A stretch of 64,000 nucleotides of DNA, taken from Octopus vulgaris (lineage: Eukaryota). Both the position numbers and the translations under genes were made by a program. This document shows, piece after piece, positions 21,790-37,032 of the stretch (the stretch's first letter is position 1; each line of letters begins with the position of its first letter). The notes under the pieces are model-generated. The model was given only the letters and a program-made list of their open reading frames with translations, was not told the DNA's origin and searched no databases. The stretch covers positions 50,096,001-50,160,000 of the forward strand of contig OX597828.1 of assembly GCA_951406725.2 (NCBI GenBank), written 5' to 3'.

Positions 21790-21958
21790 TGAGAAAGAAG
21801 AAACTCTGCTCCGCATGGAATTACATGGTCAGTTCCATCGTGATACTAACAACTTAAAAGACTAGGAGGCATCATGGAGGTGGCTCAGCAAGGGTCACCT
21901 AAAAGAAGACTGAAAGCCTAATCATCGCCGTCCAGTAACAGGTATTGATTACTAACTG
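21790..21958 (+). pseudogene. R4/Dong-clade fragment (post-RT segment)
   Basis: ELHGQF..SWRWLSKGHLK..TESLIIAVQ*QVL.TN with a frameshift and stops. Confidence 0.7.
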
Positions 21959-21999
21959 ACAGATTTGCTTGTCAATTGTTTGACCTTAACCAATAATTG

Positions 22000-22407
22000 A
22001 CCTTGTCAATTGTTTGACCATGACCCTTAGTGGCTGACGATATGTGCATCTGTGATCACGAGCAGAAATAGTGGGGGAGCATCATAGCCATGTGCTGAGA
22101 GAGATTCTTTGGGGTTTGAATAATTCACTTCTGGAAACATGGGTGGTTCTTTCAACATCCTTAAACAACCCTTATTCAAGGACCTTTTGAGCAGGATGGG
22201 TTACTCGACCTGAAGAAAATTCTAACTGGGCCCCACCTGCAAGGTCATGTGCTGTCTATCTTGATATGAGATCACCATGTCGCGCACATGTAGTTGTGAT
22301 GCATGTGCCTAGTGTACCATTATCAGACGGGTAGTCATGATGGGTATGCTGGGCTTCGTATATTTTACCCCAGTGTCACTTTGATGGCATGCCCTGCTCT
22401 CTCACTC
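22000..22407 (+). mobile_element. Unclassified retroposon 3' end with (AAT)n tail
   Basis: GC-richer block ending ctctctcactc-(aat)n and splitting two Dong fragments. Confidence 0.45.
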
Positions 22408-22500
<93 letters not shown>

Positions 22501-22501
<1 letters not shown>

Positions 22502-23310
22502 GTTGGAAAACACGTCTTTCTGTAACAACCAGCACAGCCGAGGTAATAATCAAAAGAGGTATCTCTCAAAGAGATTCTTGTTCCCCTCTGTTATTTGTTA
22601 TAGCCTTGACCTCACTTTCTGTAGTCCTACGCAAAGTCAACGTGCACTTTGAGCTAAGAAAGAATGGACCTCGTCTCGGCCACCTTCTCATCATGGATGA
22701 TTTAAAACTGTTCGCAAAATCAGAGCCTGAGATGGAGAGGCCGGTTGAGACTGTGCAGATGTGCAGCAAAAATATAGGGATGGACTTCAGTATCTCAAAA
22801 TGTGTGGTGCTCACATAGAAACGGGGGAAAAGAGTAGATTGTAAGGGCATAGAATTGCCAAACGGAAAGAAAATGGAAGACCCGGATGATGATGAGTACA
22901 AGTACCTTGGGATCCTGGAGCTGGACAATATCTTGCACAGAGAAACGAAAGAAAAACTCATCACTGCATATTTGAAGCTCCTCAAACTTCTCCTGAAATC
23001 AAAACTAAACTCAAGGAACCTTGTAGCTGTCATTAACATATGGGCTGTTGCTGTATTCCGTTATAGTGCACTCATCCGGAAATGGACACGAGCGGAGATT
23101 AACCAACTCGATCGCACTACCCGAAAGACCAGGGCAATGCATGGTGTCCTCCACCCTAAGGCGAACACACACAGGCTCTACATGAGGAGATGTAAAGGTG
23201 GACGTGGGTTGATTAGCGTACGGGAGTGCATCGACAGTGAAAGAAGAAGCATGGCAGAATATTTGGCAAACAGAAAACAGGGCCTGCTTTAGTATGCTGC
23301 TAATGTAGAA
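22501..23310 (+). pseudogene. R4/Dong-clade non-LTR retrotransposon RT fragment
   Basis: KRGISQRDSCSPLLF..HLLIMDDLKLFAK..YKYLGI..KSKLNSRNL..IN.WAV..RYS..HPKA..RLY..GGRGL; in-frame stop at ~22816; begins directly after (AAT)n. Confidence 0.88.
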
Positions 23311-23467
23311 GGATTATTATTACCACCAACACCACCATCACCATCACCACCACCACCACCACCACCACCACCATAAAAATCATCACCATCATCATCATTA
23401 TTCATATATACACAAAAGATTTGACTGTTGGAAAAGATAAATTTCTAACATCGGGCTACAGCAAGTA

Positions 23468-23795
<328 letters not shown>

Positions 23796-23796
23796 C

Positions 23797-23830
<34 letters not shown>

Positions 23831-24191
23831 GCATCATCAGATGTTATTATTTGCTTCTGCTGTAATTTAACAGGTATTGTACAGAACGAATAAAGCGACA
23901 TTGAAATATTGAATCAATAATCGATCGGGGAATTGTGATTCCAAGCCAGTCTTTGATTACAGAGTTTCAAGTTTCATAATTCAACTGAAAATGAAAGAAA
24001 AAAGGTAAAAAGAGAAAAAAATACCCTGTTGTTTAATTTAATGAGGGAGAAAAATTGATGTCAATGGAGATATATCTTTATTTTTTAAAACAAAAAGAAT
24101 TTTCTTTTGATAGCAAGTGCTTAGAATACTTCGGTATTTTAGTAAATTATTGAAGACTAATGAAATCGTTTCAAAGACAAAAGAAAAAAAA

Positions 24192-24667
<476 letters not shown>

Positions 24668-25907
24668 AGTAGCAGTTGAGCACTGGAATCGATGTAATCG
24701 ACTTGCACCACCTCCCTCGAAATTGCTGGCCTTGTGCCAAAATTTGAAACCAATATAAGGTTAATGAGTAGGATACTCTCAGAAGTTTTCAAATTTGAAA
24801 TCGCTCCCCATCCCGTTGACAAATCTCTTTAAAAAAAATCCACGTGAAAAAAAAAATAAAAAACAAAATGCACCCAAGACTAAAACGATAATTGAGTATA
24901 AATTGCTTTGAACAATCTCGTGAAGTATTTAATATTGGTTGGGGTCCCACGCCTGACTTGTTTCATTAACCACGAGTCGGAATACATACGAATTAATGAC
25001 GTCAAAATCCTAATTTTATTACAATCAATTAGCATTAGCATTTAGCTTTTAGCTGTTCGTATCCTTATTAACGGCGGACTTCACGATATGCGAGCAGTCA
25101 CAGGCTTTAAAAAGAAGCCACAGTAAAAGACAGCAGAAGCCCTAATCGAAATCGTAAAAAGAGCCGCAGATCTACTGTTACTCTTTTACAGTCACAAATT
25201 GGTTATTAAAACGAGTGGAACCATTTATATTAAACTCTTTACTGTTAAATGGTAATCGATGCATGAGGCCACCAGAGCCAAATATATTTCTTTTTTTTTT
25301 TTTTACAATCCAGGAATCGCTTTTAACCTACAGAAAAAAAACAACTCTAAAAATATATAAAAAAAATACTTAGTTATGTAGTTACGAGCGGCTCTCAATC
25401 TATGAGAGGCTATCAGAAAGAAATTGATGCCTTGATCAGTAAAAAATTGGAAAACCGTCAACTGGCTACCATATTAGTGTGTCATCGTGTATACATCAAT
25501 AAAATTGATGCATTCGCCTCCTGAGAAGGAATAATATATAAGAAGATGAAAGTGATAAGAAAACGTATTCATTTGGCGAGATTGAACAAGAAGAAAATTT
25601 TAAAGAAGATTTGAAGACCTGCATAACAGTGTTTGGTAATTTATTGTAGGGCGGCGGGGTTCGTTCGATACGCAAGGAATGTCTGCTCAAGTGCTTCTTT
25701 GACTTGAAAGGCAAAGTGAAACTCTTGACGGACGTTAAACGTATTTCCATTATGTAATTAAAAGATGAAAGCTGATGATGTGATTTCGAAATTTATAGTG
25801 AATCTGATTAGATAGTTCAATGATCTGAAAACGGTGGCTGAGTTTGGAGTTAAAAAAACAAAACAAACAAACAAACAAACAACAGTGACAACAGAAACAA
25901 CAGCAGC

Positions 25908-26110
25908 AGTGGAGGCGCAATGGCCCAGTGGTTAGGGCAGCGGACTCGCGGTCGGTCGTAAGAACGCGGTTTCGATTCTTAGACCGGACATTGTGAGTGT
26001 TTATTGAGCAAAAACACCTTAGCTCCACGAGGCTCCAGCGGGTGTGTGTGTGTGAAAACCCCAGCTGTACCCTTTCACCACAACTTTCTCTCGCTCTTTC
26101 TTTCTACTTC
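25908..26110 (+). mobile_element. SINE family B, 5' part
   Basis: Similarity to 20430-20620. Confidence 0.85.
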
Positions 26111-26624
26111 TGCCACAAAGCAGAAGAACCATGGTGTAACCCACTATGGTGTGGTAAACTTTCAGACCCTAGTCTAGATTGCGAATCCTCTGTACCCCAG
26201 GATGGTTCAGCTCTCCACCCATTAAAAGCCACCGTTTACGGAATGAGGATAACAACGTAGCTTTCGCACCCGTGCAACCGCCAGTCTATCGCGTGTGGTG
26301 GGTGGATCTTCAAGTTGCCACACGCATTCTTAGTAGCTTAGAGTAGGCTCGAATTAGAGATTATTGTTTGTAGCTAATGGCGTGAGTCCTGATTGGAAGA
26401 AGAAGAAGACAACAGCAGAAAGAGTTAATCCACCGTTGCAACAAACATTTTTATACTTGGTATATATTAGAAATATGAATAGATATTAAAATGTTCGCGA
26501 ATATCGGTACGTCGCTGTATATGTATATATACATACATACCCATGCACATACACGCACTCACACGCTCACACACAGAGGCGCACACACACACGCGTGCAC
26601 ACACACACTCGCGCACACACAGAG

Positions 26625-26924
26625 GCGTAGAGTTAAGACGCTTGCTTCCAGACTAAGTGGTCCTGAGTTCAGTCTTACTGTATAACATCTTGGGCAAATG
26701 TCTTCTACTATAACATCGGACCGACCAATGCTTTGTGAATGAAGTTTGGTAAACAGAAAATGTGTGGAAGCTCATCGTATATATATATATATATATATAT
26801 ATATGCATACACACACACACTTATATGTTTTGTTTGAATTTGTCCCTACCACCACTTGACAACGGTGTCGGTTTGTTTACGTCTCTGTAACTTAACCGTT
26901 CGGCAAACGATTTCGATAAAATGA

Positions 26925-26925
<1 letters not shown>
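26625..26925 (+). mobile_element. Diverged SINE family A
   Basis: cttgggcaaatgtcttctactata..accacttgacaac..gtttacgtc. Confidence 0.7.
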
Positions 26926-26960
<35 letters not shown>

Positions 26961-27017
26961 GCATGCATACAGACTTGCTTACATACATATATACACACAC
27001 AACGTGTGTGTGTGTGT

Positions 27018-27059
<42 letters not shown>

Positions 27060-27320
27060 AAGACTATGTTTGTATGTATATATATGGGTGTATATACAAA
27101 ACTAGAACATTGGTTCATGGACTAATTAATTAATTAGCTAATTAATTATACGACTCTCCAGTTTTAATTCTTTCTCTGTAAGCTTTCTAATCGTGGAAAT
27201 TAGTCAAAGAAATTGAGGGCTATAATACACTAGTTTCCTTTGTAGTTTTGTCTTTCGGTACACATAAAGTTCTAAATACTGGCTATATATCATGCAATTT
27301 AGATTTAAATCGCACTATCA

Positions 27321-27442
<122 letters not shown>

Positions 27443-27923
27443 TTTTTGAAATGGAAGCTGAAACTGAAACTCGAGTTTCATGTCAATGCAATCTTCAGGC
27501 CTGGATTGTTACAATTCGGTATTGCTGGTGTATGTATATCCTTTTGTGCATGATCTAGTACTTGCGTGTTTGCATCGGTTTGTTTTTCATGCTTATTGAT
27601 TGAGCGATGTTTTTCTGGCCTCTTAATTAGTTGTATAGGTATCATCCACCATAGCGGCATAATTTTCACCAAACTTATCCTACACTCTGTCAAGGTATCA
27701 ATGTGCAACTAGCCAGCACAACATGACAAAGAGATCTCAGTATATCTAGTGGGATGTTTTTCCTACACCAAGTACCGGAAGTGACATAGCTGCACTGATT
27801 GACTCAACGCAACCAAGTGCACAATATCCTACTTCTACTGGACAGATGCAAGATGGGTCGAAACGATCGACATCCTAAATCCATCTTCCCTTTCCTTTAT
27901 CAAATGTGTATATATATATATAA

Positions 27924-27961
<38 letters not shown>

Positions 27962-28002
27962 TATATATATATGTATATATAAGTGTGTATATATATATAT
28001 AT

Positions 28003-28236
28003 AAATGCGCCCTTTTTAAAGCCTAGCCAAGCTCATGGGCCCAGTTTCCCGGTTTCTATGGCGTATGTGTTCCCCAGCTGGACGGGACGCCAGTCCATCG
28101 CAGCGTTACTCATTTTTGCCACCAACGTGAAATGAATTGTTTTGCTCAAGAACACAACGCATCGCCCGGTCTAGGAATCGAAACCACAATCTTACGATCA
28201 TGGTGCTGACACACTAACCACTAAGCCACGCGCCTC

Positions 28237-28240
<4 letters not shown>
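28003..28240 (-). mobile_element. SINE family B-related subfamily
   Basis: Similar to 1558-1780. Confidence 0.8.
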
Positions 28241-28267
<27 letters not shown>

Positions 28268-28285
28268 ACACACACAGAGACACAA

Positions 28286-28323
<38 letters not shown>

Positions 28324-28381
28324 GAGAAAGATTGAGTTCAATTGGAACAGTTTTACTTTGGGAGGTCCAAATCTAGGTTTG

Positions 28382-28458
<77 letters not shown>

Positions 28459-30164
28459 TATGTATGTATATACAGACAGATAATCTCTGCAGTAATATAT
28501 AACCTATGATATCATGCATTACATCTAGATTTCAATTTATCATTTTCAGTACTGCCTTTGTCTAAATAATATATCACCCTTTTTTTTTTATGCTCTCACA
28601 AAATATTGCAAAAATCGGATATTCCTAGGGAAAAGTTTCCCGGAAGAAATTTCTCTTAAAAATAAATCTTTACTATCTGTGCTATTTAGTGAGAATGTGT
28701 AAATTTAATTCTTTAGGCAAGAAAAATGATTTACTGTAAAAATATTAAAAATCTAATTGGAAAAATTCTAATGCTAAACGAACCAGTTTATGGGAAACTT
28801 AATTCTTCAACGCAAAATATGAGAGAAGAACATTATTGTCTAACAAATTCTTAGTGCGTTCTACACCCGCAGGATATTTTGAAATGATGTCTGGAATAAA
28901 TAAAATCTCGGAACTCTTGCTAAAAATGGTAAATATTCATCAACCAATTAGTTTTAATTAGTTGTTCACCATTAATTTAAGCATAAAGGTGATCATTGCT
29001 GGATTCTAAGATGATTAAACAAAATACATTTTATATGCTTTTTGGATAAAGAAGCAAACTTCACCAGAAGTTGAGTCTTCCCGCCAAGAATATCAGGCAG
29101 AAATAATTTTAAAGACTGCGAGTTGGCAAAGTCGTCGACGCGTTAGCTGGAATTCTCCGCAGTATTTGTCTCAAATACTTGTGCCCTTAGTTGAAATCAT
29201 GCCAAGGCTAATTTTTCTTTTCGTCCTTCAGGAGTCGACAAAAAAAAAAAAAAAATACCAGACCAGTACTGGGGGCGATTTTCTTCTCTTTTTTCCTCAT
29301 TTCCTTTCTCTCTGAAAGAAATCAGCTGTATCTAGGTCTGGAGATGGATGAACCCCGCCAAATTTAGTAGGGCCAAGGCATACTGTAATTTACGACGACT
29401 TCCCTACAATGCCATCTCAAAATGAATCCCTACCCCAACAAGGATAGCCAACAGAAGTAATTTAATGCTTAAAAATGGCCACCGAAGCCTTTGATTTATT
29501 TTGTTATTTTGTTCCAGGATATATCTTATTCTTGTTCTGGGATAATCTTCAGTGATATTCTTAGGGCCTTAAGGAGTTTCGGGTGTTTCGACATGAGGCA
29601 CCCTCACTCAGATGAACCAACGGGGGTTGTTCAAATCCGAGCTTGCATCGCAGCAGCGACAAACTGTTGGTCTGCCTTGTTTAACCCAAGTCCTCTTGTA
29701 GCTTCTGAGGTTTCAACGGATCGAACATACTCCTCAGCTCTTTGATTCACCTGTGATTCCCATCCCAATCAGTCTCTTTGTCGTTCAACTGACCAAACAT
29801 CCAGAATGCATGAAATACTTTGATAATACATTATTCCAATACAGCTGCCAAACATCTTCCTGTTATGACTGAAGTAAAACAAATTGGAAAATTGAGGAAA
29901 TACATTGAACTTGGAGAAACATGGCCCTCGTGCTAGTTTTCTTCTACATTATGTAATACACACACCCACACCCACACACCCACATCCACACACCCACACC
30001 CACAACTACACCCATCCACACCCACACACGTTTATATGTATATATGTCTGTCTATGTATGTATATATATATACATATACATATATATACACACACACACA
30101 CACACATATATACATATATGGATCTCTCTCTCTCTCTCTATCTATCTATCTGTCTATTTATCGG

Positions 30165-30223
<59 letters not shown>

Positions 30224-30248
30224 GTTCGTCTGTCTATTTATCTGTCTG

Positions 30249-30419
<171 letters not shown>

Positions 30420-30424
30420 GTCTG

Positions 30425-30545
<121 letters not shown>

Positions 30546-30554
30546 GTCTATTTA

Positions 30555-30647
<93 letters not shown>

Positions 30648-30849
30648 ATTCACCTACCAACCTACCAATCTATCTAGGAAGCTACCTAGCTAGCTAGCAA
30701 TCTTTTCATTTGTCCATCTATCCATCCATCTATCAATTTTGAAACGTTGTAAATCGAAGATATTTCTCGATGCTCGAAATATTATTTTAACACTTCAATT
30801 TCAGTTTTGATAGAAGTGTAGTGAAATATATTGAAAAGTGATGATGATG

Positions 30850-31200
30850 CTAGAATTTCACCTTGTTTACGCCCTCGTCTATGACAATCTCTTCTGAAAG
30901 CTCTCCATCATATGCATCCCCAGCTTTCATATTGTGATGAGGCTTTTCAAGAAAACGCACAAATTTTTTCTGGACTGTCAAGTTCGTGAAAGGCGTCCAT
31001 AACGCTTCTCTGCTGACTGCATCAAAAGTTCCAGTAAGGTCAACAAACACTTGATAGAGTGCTGCTTGATGGTCCGAAAAATGTGTTCTTTCCATCTTTT
31101 TATTATATCAGAAACTTTGAGAAATGGAGATGTCGTGGATGCAACAGATGAGAGTTGGAAATGCACAGTCTTTGTGAGAGACATCTCCTGTCAAAAGCTC
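30850..31200 (-). pseudogene. RTE-clade RT fragment
   Basis: LYQVFVDLTGTFDAVSREALW..KFVR..HHNMKA..GELSE.I.I..GV matches RT motifs around FVDLxKAFD. Confidence 0.8.
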
Positions 31201-31577
31201 GTTCCATCAGCGAAATGAAATTACAGTAATTTGCGAAATTAAGATGCAGCTTACAATGAATGACTTGTCACCTTTATGTTGTGAAATCTGCCGGAATAAC
31301 CCGGATTTTAAAAGTACATAAAACTAAATGAGATTACCGTACCAACATTAATCTCTATAAACTCTGTAGAAGTTTTGAGTCTTATCTATTACATATGTTT
31401 GAACTGCTATTTTTAAGAGTAATCTCATAAAACGCAGACAATAGTGGAGATTATCGGGATGATGCTAATTAATTGAGAGAGAGCTATCATCTATCAAGAT
31501 GAAATAATGATGACGATGATGATGATGATCACACACACATACATTCGAGTGTGTAACTATATTCAAACATGCATGCA

Positions 31578-31665
<88 letters not shown>

Positions 31666-31804
31666 TATTCTTTTATTCTTTTACATCTTTCAGCCACTTG
31701 ACTACGGCCATGCTGAAGCACAATTTTGAAGGGTTTGTAGTCGAAGAAATCGACCGTAGGACTTATTCTTTCTAAGCCTTGTTCTTAGTCTATCGGTGTC
31801 TTTT

Positions 31805-32166
31805 TAATGCATTACGATCGTTTCATGCGACTCCATTTAATTGAACAATACAAGTTTTACATCAGTTTTAAAATGTAGAGCAATCTTCAGCAGCATAAAA
31901 ATATAGAATTTAGTTAAATTCAAAAGATTCATTTTTATAGTTATTCCATTAACCAAAATCACAATTGTTGATGAAACTTGTCCTTTGTCTGCCTACTTAC
32001 CCTCTTTGTGATTTTGGTTAATGGAATAACTATAAAAATGAATCTTTTGAATTTAACTAAATTCTATATTTTTATGCTGCTGAAGATTGCTCTACATTTT
32101 AAAACTGATGTAATACTTGCATTGTTTAATTAAATGGAGTGGCATGAAACGATCGTTCTGCATTAC
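31805..32166. repeat. ~160-bp-arm inverted repeat (fold-back), Penelope-type inverted terminal repeat
   Basis: 31805-31964 is the reverse complement of 32006-32166 with few mismatches; cassette continues to (TA)n at ~32297. Confidence 0.9.
32074..32164 (+). ncRNA. Type I hammerhead-like motif (partly decayed), with inverted copy at ~31805-31895
   Basis: atgctg-CTGAAGA-ttgctctacattt..aaatggagtggcat-GAAACGATCGTT-ctgcat; palindromic ACGATCGT; one stem I mismatch. Confidence 0.6.
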
Positions 32167-32294
32167 CTCTGGATATCCTTGTTTCTTATTTTGATTATAA
32201 TCACCCCATTTTGAATTATATGGATAATACCATACCAAATTCTGGTGCCTTTAACTTAAGTACCATATTCAATTGAATCTAAATTTTTACTGAA

Positions 32295-32353
<59 letters not shown>

Positions 32354-32622
32354 TTTATAAACAAACCCGAAAGGCTTTGCGAGTTACGGAGAGAAAGCTA
32401 CTATGGAAGGCTCATAGTATAATAACTGTACAATAACTGTATATCATATATATCATAATGATATTTAATCTCCGATTTTAAAGCGATAATTTTTAAATAT
32501 AAACAAATGACCAAAAAATGATGAGCTAACCTAAGGCTGAATCGAACACACATGTGCATACACACATACATATAGACATCATGCATACAAACATACGCAC
32601 ACACACATATAGAGAGACTGAG

Positions 32623-32670
<48 letters not shown>

Positions 32671-33517
32671 TGAGAGAAGAGAAAGAGAAAGTGAGTGAGA
32701 GAGAGAGAAAGAGAAAGTGAGTGAGAGAGAGAGAACCGTAAGTTTTGAGAGATGGTGTTCAGGATGGAACGTTGAAATTAAGACATATGTTATTGACATT
32801 TTAGATTGATCTTTAGATGTTATTTAGAGTTTCGGTTATATATCTTGATATACCAACACGATCACCTTACACATAAAATACATTTGAAGTTGCGTTACCA
32901 GTTAGACAACCATTTTAATCTGTAGTTCAAAAGTTGAGACATACTTTTGGAATTGTAAAAATTCCAAAAACAAAGAACAAATTGATTAGTTGCTTTTGGT
33001 TATCCTCTGAGATAGACTATATCTTGATGATTCATTTGCAGGCAAATTAGGCTTTTGTTTCCAATTGTAATAAATGCTATCCTGGAGATTTATAGTATAA
33101 GTGTGCTTTAACAACATTCTGAAGAACACCAGAAGTTGCCAATATCTCTCTGCTTAGAGGAATAAATCTTGTACGTGTCAGTTTGGTATACATATTGTTT
33201 GATACGTCGCTCTAATGCAAATGAATATAATCTTTAAGCATCGTGTTTCTATTTCGGCAACCAATAAATGTGTCATTTTGATATTATCTGATATTTGAAA
33301 CTTGATTTCAGGATAATGTTCTACTTGGTTTAAATATAAATGCTTTGTGAATGCTGATTGTATAGACACAGTCTGGAGACGTTATGTGTATAAACATTTT
33401 TGGTATAAATATTGGTTAAGGCGAACCATTTCGGGGGAGAAGGTAAGTCGATTACATCTGGTACTTATTTTCAACTGGTACTTATTTTATCGACCCAGAA
33501 AAGACGAAAGGCACTTA

Positions 33518-33960
33518 CACATTGTATCGGCCTTCTGCCAATGCCCTAAGGCAACCGTTCAGAATGTAATTCAGGGTGCAGAGAACTGGTTTACACTGCT
33601 TGTAGGATGGGTTCTCCAGTCTGCCACATATTTTAAGGTTAGTTGGTAATAGCAAGAGGTCACAAAAAGAAGGACAAGTTTTCATCGTCAGTGATTCAGA
33701 GTTCCCCCAGGTTAATGGGTCGTCGTGTCCCACTGCATCGATTATCCCTAGTAGACAAGTCCTATCGCTTTTATATGGCGATCTACCTCTGTTGAACCGC
33801 GGATCCTTTGCACTGGCGTTGGTATTTTCCCAACTCATCGTACAGTAGCGGAATAGTCCTTGTCTTACTTAACCAACATATTCCAAAATCTCCTGGTAGG
33901 TTTCCGCTTCCTTCAAAACCTCCTCGGGCTTTCACTTCTTGTCGCCTTTTATAGTCTTGA
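33518..33960 (-). pseudogene. Hero/NeSL-like (RLE-type) LINE fragment, zinc-knuckle region
   Basis: DLLLLPTNLKICG..PSYKQC..CTLNYILNGC..ALAEGRY resembles the CCHC region preceding the RHD motif. Confidence 0.6.
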
Positions 33961-34143
33961 TGGTGTGTTTGGGTTTCTCATACTCACATAGGAATAGTCT
34001 AATATTTAACTTAAACTTAACTATAATATTCGATTTTCCATTAAGATAATCGGCTGATAATCGGTCAAACACACAACGCACTCACACGCACACACACACG
34101 CGCACACACAAACACAAACACAGACACACACACACAAGCACGT

Positions 34144-34184
<41 letters not shown>

Positions 34185-34480
34185 TAATTATAAATTAGGG
34201 TATCTACGAGATACCACCATGCTGAAAATAGCAGCCATTATCGAACTTTAAAACCACTTAAATTGTCTATATATCAACACGGAGAAAAAAAACAAAGAGA
34301 CAAGATGAAATTAGTAAAAAATTACTGGATAATTCTAGATCCGGATTTCTGACTTTGCATTTCTGGTATCTCGTAGATACCCTAATTTATAATTTTAATA
34401 ATTATTACCTTTGAAGGTTACTTTTTCCATGCTGACCACTTGATAAAATCGTTATTTTATTTTTAAATTAACGATCTTAT

Positions 34481-34553
<73 letters not shown>

Positions 34554-34560
34554 CACACAC

Positions 34561-34778
34561 ACGAGGTGTGCTGAAAAGTAGCTGGGTTTAAGGGTATTAC
34601 AAAAAGCCTGGCTGGAGGTCCAGCCGTCTGAGTTCTGTTACAGGGCTTAGAAAAACTGAGGGACCGCTGCACTAATTATGTGTGAATATTAGAGGGGAAT
34701 ATGTTGATTAAAATCATAATTAACTGATCCTCCTGTATTTAGTTTTACTTAAAGCCAGAAACCTTTCTGCACCCTCTA
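34561..34778 (+). mobile_element. Mariner-derived non-autonomous element (MITE)
   Basis: Imperfect TIRs acgaggtgtgctgaaaag / cctttctgcaccctct; internal GLEKLRDRC..CVNIRGEYVD* transposase C-terminus; TA-rich flanks. Confidence 0.75.
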
Positions 34779-35222
34779 ATATATATATATATATTTTTTC
34801 TTATTTACTTAATTACTTCCACTTGCACCTTTTAAACCTCTTTTCTCCTGGAAGTACCGATAAATTGCGGGAGAAAATTTTTTAATAAAATCTCTTTTCA
34901 TAATGGAACATAAATTAGCCCGAAATCGATATTTGGGTCCTTCTAACGCTCAATATAATCTTAAACCATATAATTCTACATTTTTTAAAGTTTTAGCAAT
35001 TTTAGTCTTCCATATTTCTATTTAAAGTAGTCAGGAATATTGCCATTAGCAATGATAGATTGATGACAAAAAAGAAAAAAAACACCCAGAAATGTAATAA
35101 AATATTTGTAAACTATCAACACGCTCTTTCCATCTAATCAGATTCTAATTAAATCAGAATTATAATTATCAATATTCCAAATTCAGAATTAAATTTCAGA
35201 AATTGAACTTTAAAAGTCTACA

Positions 35223-35323
<101 letters not shown>

Positions 35324-35582
35324 GTTGTCTAAAAACCAAAATAAAATGACTTTTCCCACAGCCCAGTGGTCTATGAATACCGTTCGATAGTTATTTAACT
35401 AATACCTAAATATCATTAGCTGAAATTTCAAAAACAACTTCGTATAATTATCAATATTTTTGTTTTGTTCTTGATAAAATCATATTTTTATACCCATAAA
35501 TTGAAATGTTCACGAAAAAAATTCTTGTCCGTTCAAGCGTTTTAACGTTACTACCCGTTTGCAACCATAATTTAATGTGTGT

Positions 35583-35631
<49 letters not shown>

Positions 35632-35992
35632 CGCGCGCGTATCTATTAAGGCGAGCGAGTTATGTACTTGGTTTATTGCATTCCTCTGGTCGCTGCCTTC
35701 TCGAGAGAAAACGCAGTGTGCAGCACCACACTTCACTGGATTCACCATTAATGATGCTAAACGGTTACAAGGACCCCTTTTTTTTTGTTAAGTGTGAATT
35801 TTATTGGTCCCAGCCGTTCTATATTAGCGAAGAGATAAAAATCTAGAACCCGTTCCATGTTCTGCAACTCCACTACAACAATCTTTAAAATTCAACCGTA
35901 GAATTCTATTCAATGCGTTTCGTAGTTATACTGAAGTCATTAAGAATCATAACATCCCTATCATAAATATGTATTATTTTCTATCTTACACA

Positions 35993-36446
35993 GGGGGCGA
36001 GCTGGCAGAATCGTTAGCACACCGGACAAATACTTAGCAGCATTTCATCCGTGATTACATGCTGAGTTCAAATTCTACCGAGGTCAACTTTGCCTTTCAT
36101 CCTTTTGGGGTCGATAAAATAAGTACCTATTTCTTTATTACCCACAAGGGGCTAAACATAGAGGGGACAAACAAGGACAGACATAGGTATTAAGTCGATT
36201 ACATCGACCCCAGTGCGTAACTGGTGCTTAATTTATCGACCTCGAAAGGATGAAAGGCAAAGTCGACCTCGGCGGAATTTGAACTCACAACGTAACGGCA
36301 GACGAAATACCGCAAAGCATTTCGCCCGTCGTGCTAACGCTTCTGCCAGCTCGCCGCCTAATAAAATAAGTATCGATAAAATAAGTACCGGTTGAGCAAT
36401 GGGGATCGGTGATATCGACTTACCCCTTCCCCTAAAATTGCTGGCC
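35993..36446 (+). mobile_element. SINE C (alternative tail) interrupted by an antisense SINE C (36128-36359)
   Basis: Host resumes after duplicated tcgataaaataagtacc (36111-36127 / 36373-36389). Confidence 0.88.
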
Positions 36447-36610
36447 TTTTCCTTCCCTTTAGTTTGTACTTCACCTTGCAGCATGGACTCGCTTCAGTTT
36501 GAAACCCGACTGTCTTGTTTGTAAGCGCAAAATTGAATCTTTCAAGTTGAGTGATGACGTCATGAAGAACCTTACGAATAATGTCCCACGACTGTACCCC
36601 AGATTATTTA

Positions 36611-36831
36611 CTCTTTACTCTTTACTCTTTTACTTGTTTCAGTCATTTGACTGCGGCCATGCTGGAGCACCGCCTTTAGTCGAGCAAATCGACCCCGGGA
36701 CTTATTCTTTGTAAGCCCAGTACTTATTATATCGGTCTCTTTTGCCGAACCGCTAAGTGACGGGGACATAAACACACCAGCATCGGTTGTCAAGCAATGC
36801 TAGGGGGACAAACATAGACACACAGACACAT

Positions 36832-36890
<59 letters not shown>

Positions 36891-37032
36891 TATGACGGGC
36901 TTCTTTCAGTTTCCGTCTACCAAATCCACTCACAAGGCATTGGTCGGCCCGGGGCTATAGCAGAAGACACTTGCCCAAGATGCCACGCAGTGTGACTGGA
37001 CCCGGAACCATGTGATTGGTAAGCAAGCTACT
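36611..37032 (-). mobile_element. SINE family A, full length
   Basis: Similarity to other copies. Confidence 0.9.

Noticed and set aside
25380-25850. Possible hAT transposase remnant (TSGSQSMRGYQKEIDALISKKL)
   Set aside because: Only faint resemblance with many stops; cannot support without a search
34850-34940. Hammerhead-like ccgataa...cccgaaatcgata
   Set aside because: Core mutated and stem I cannot be formed
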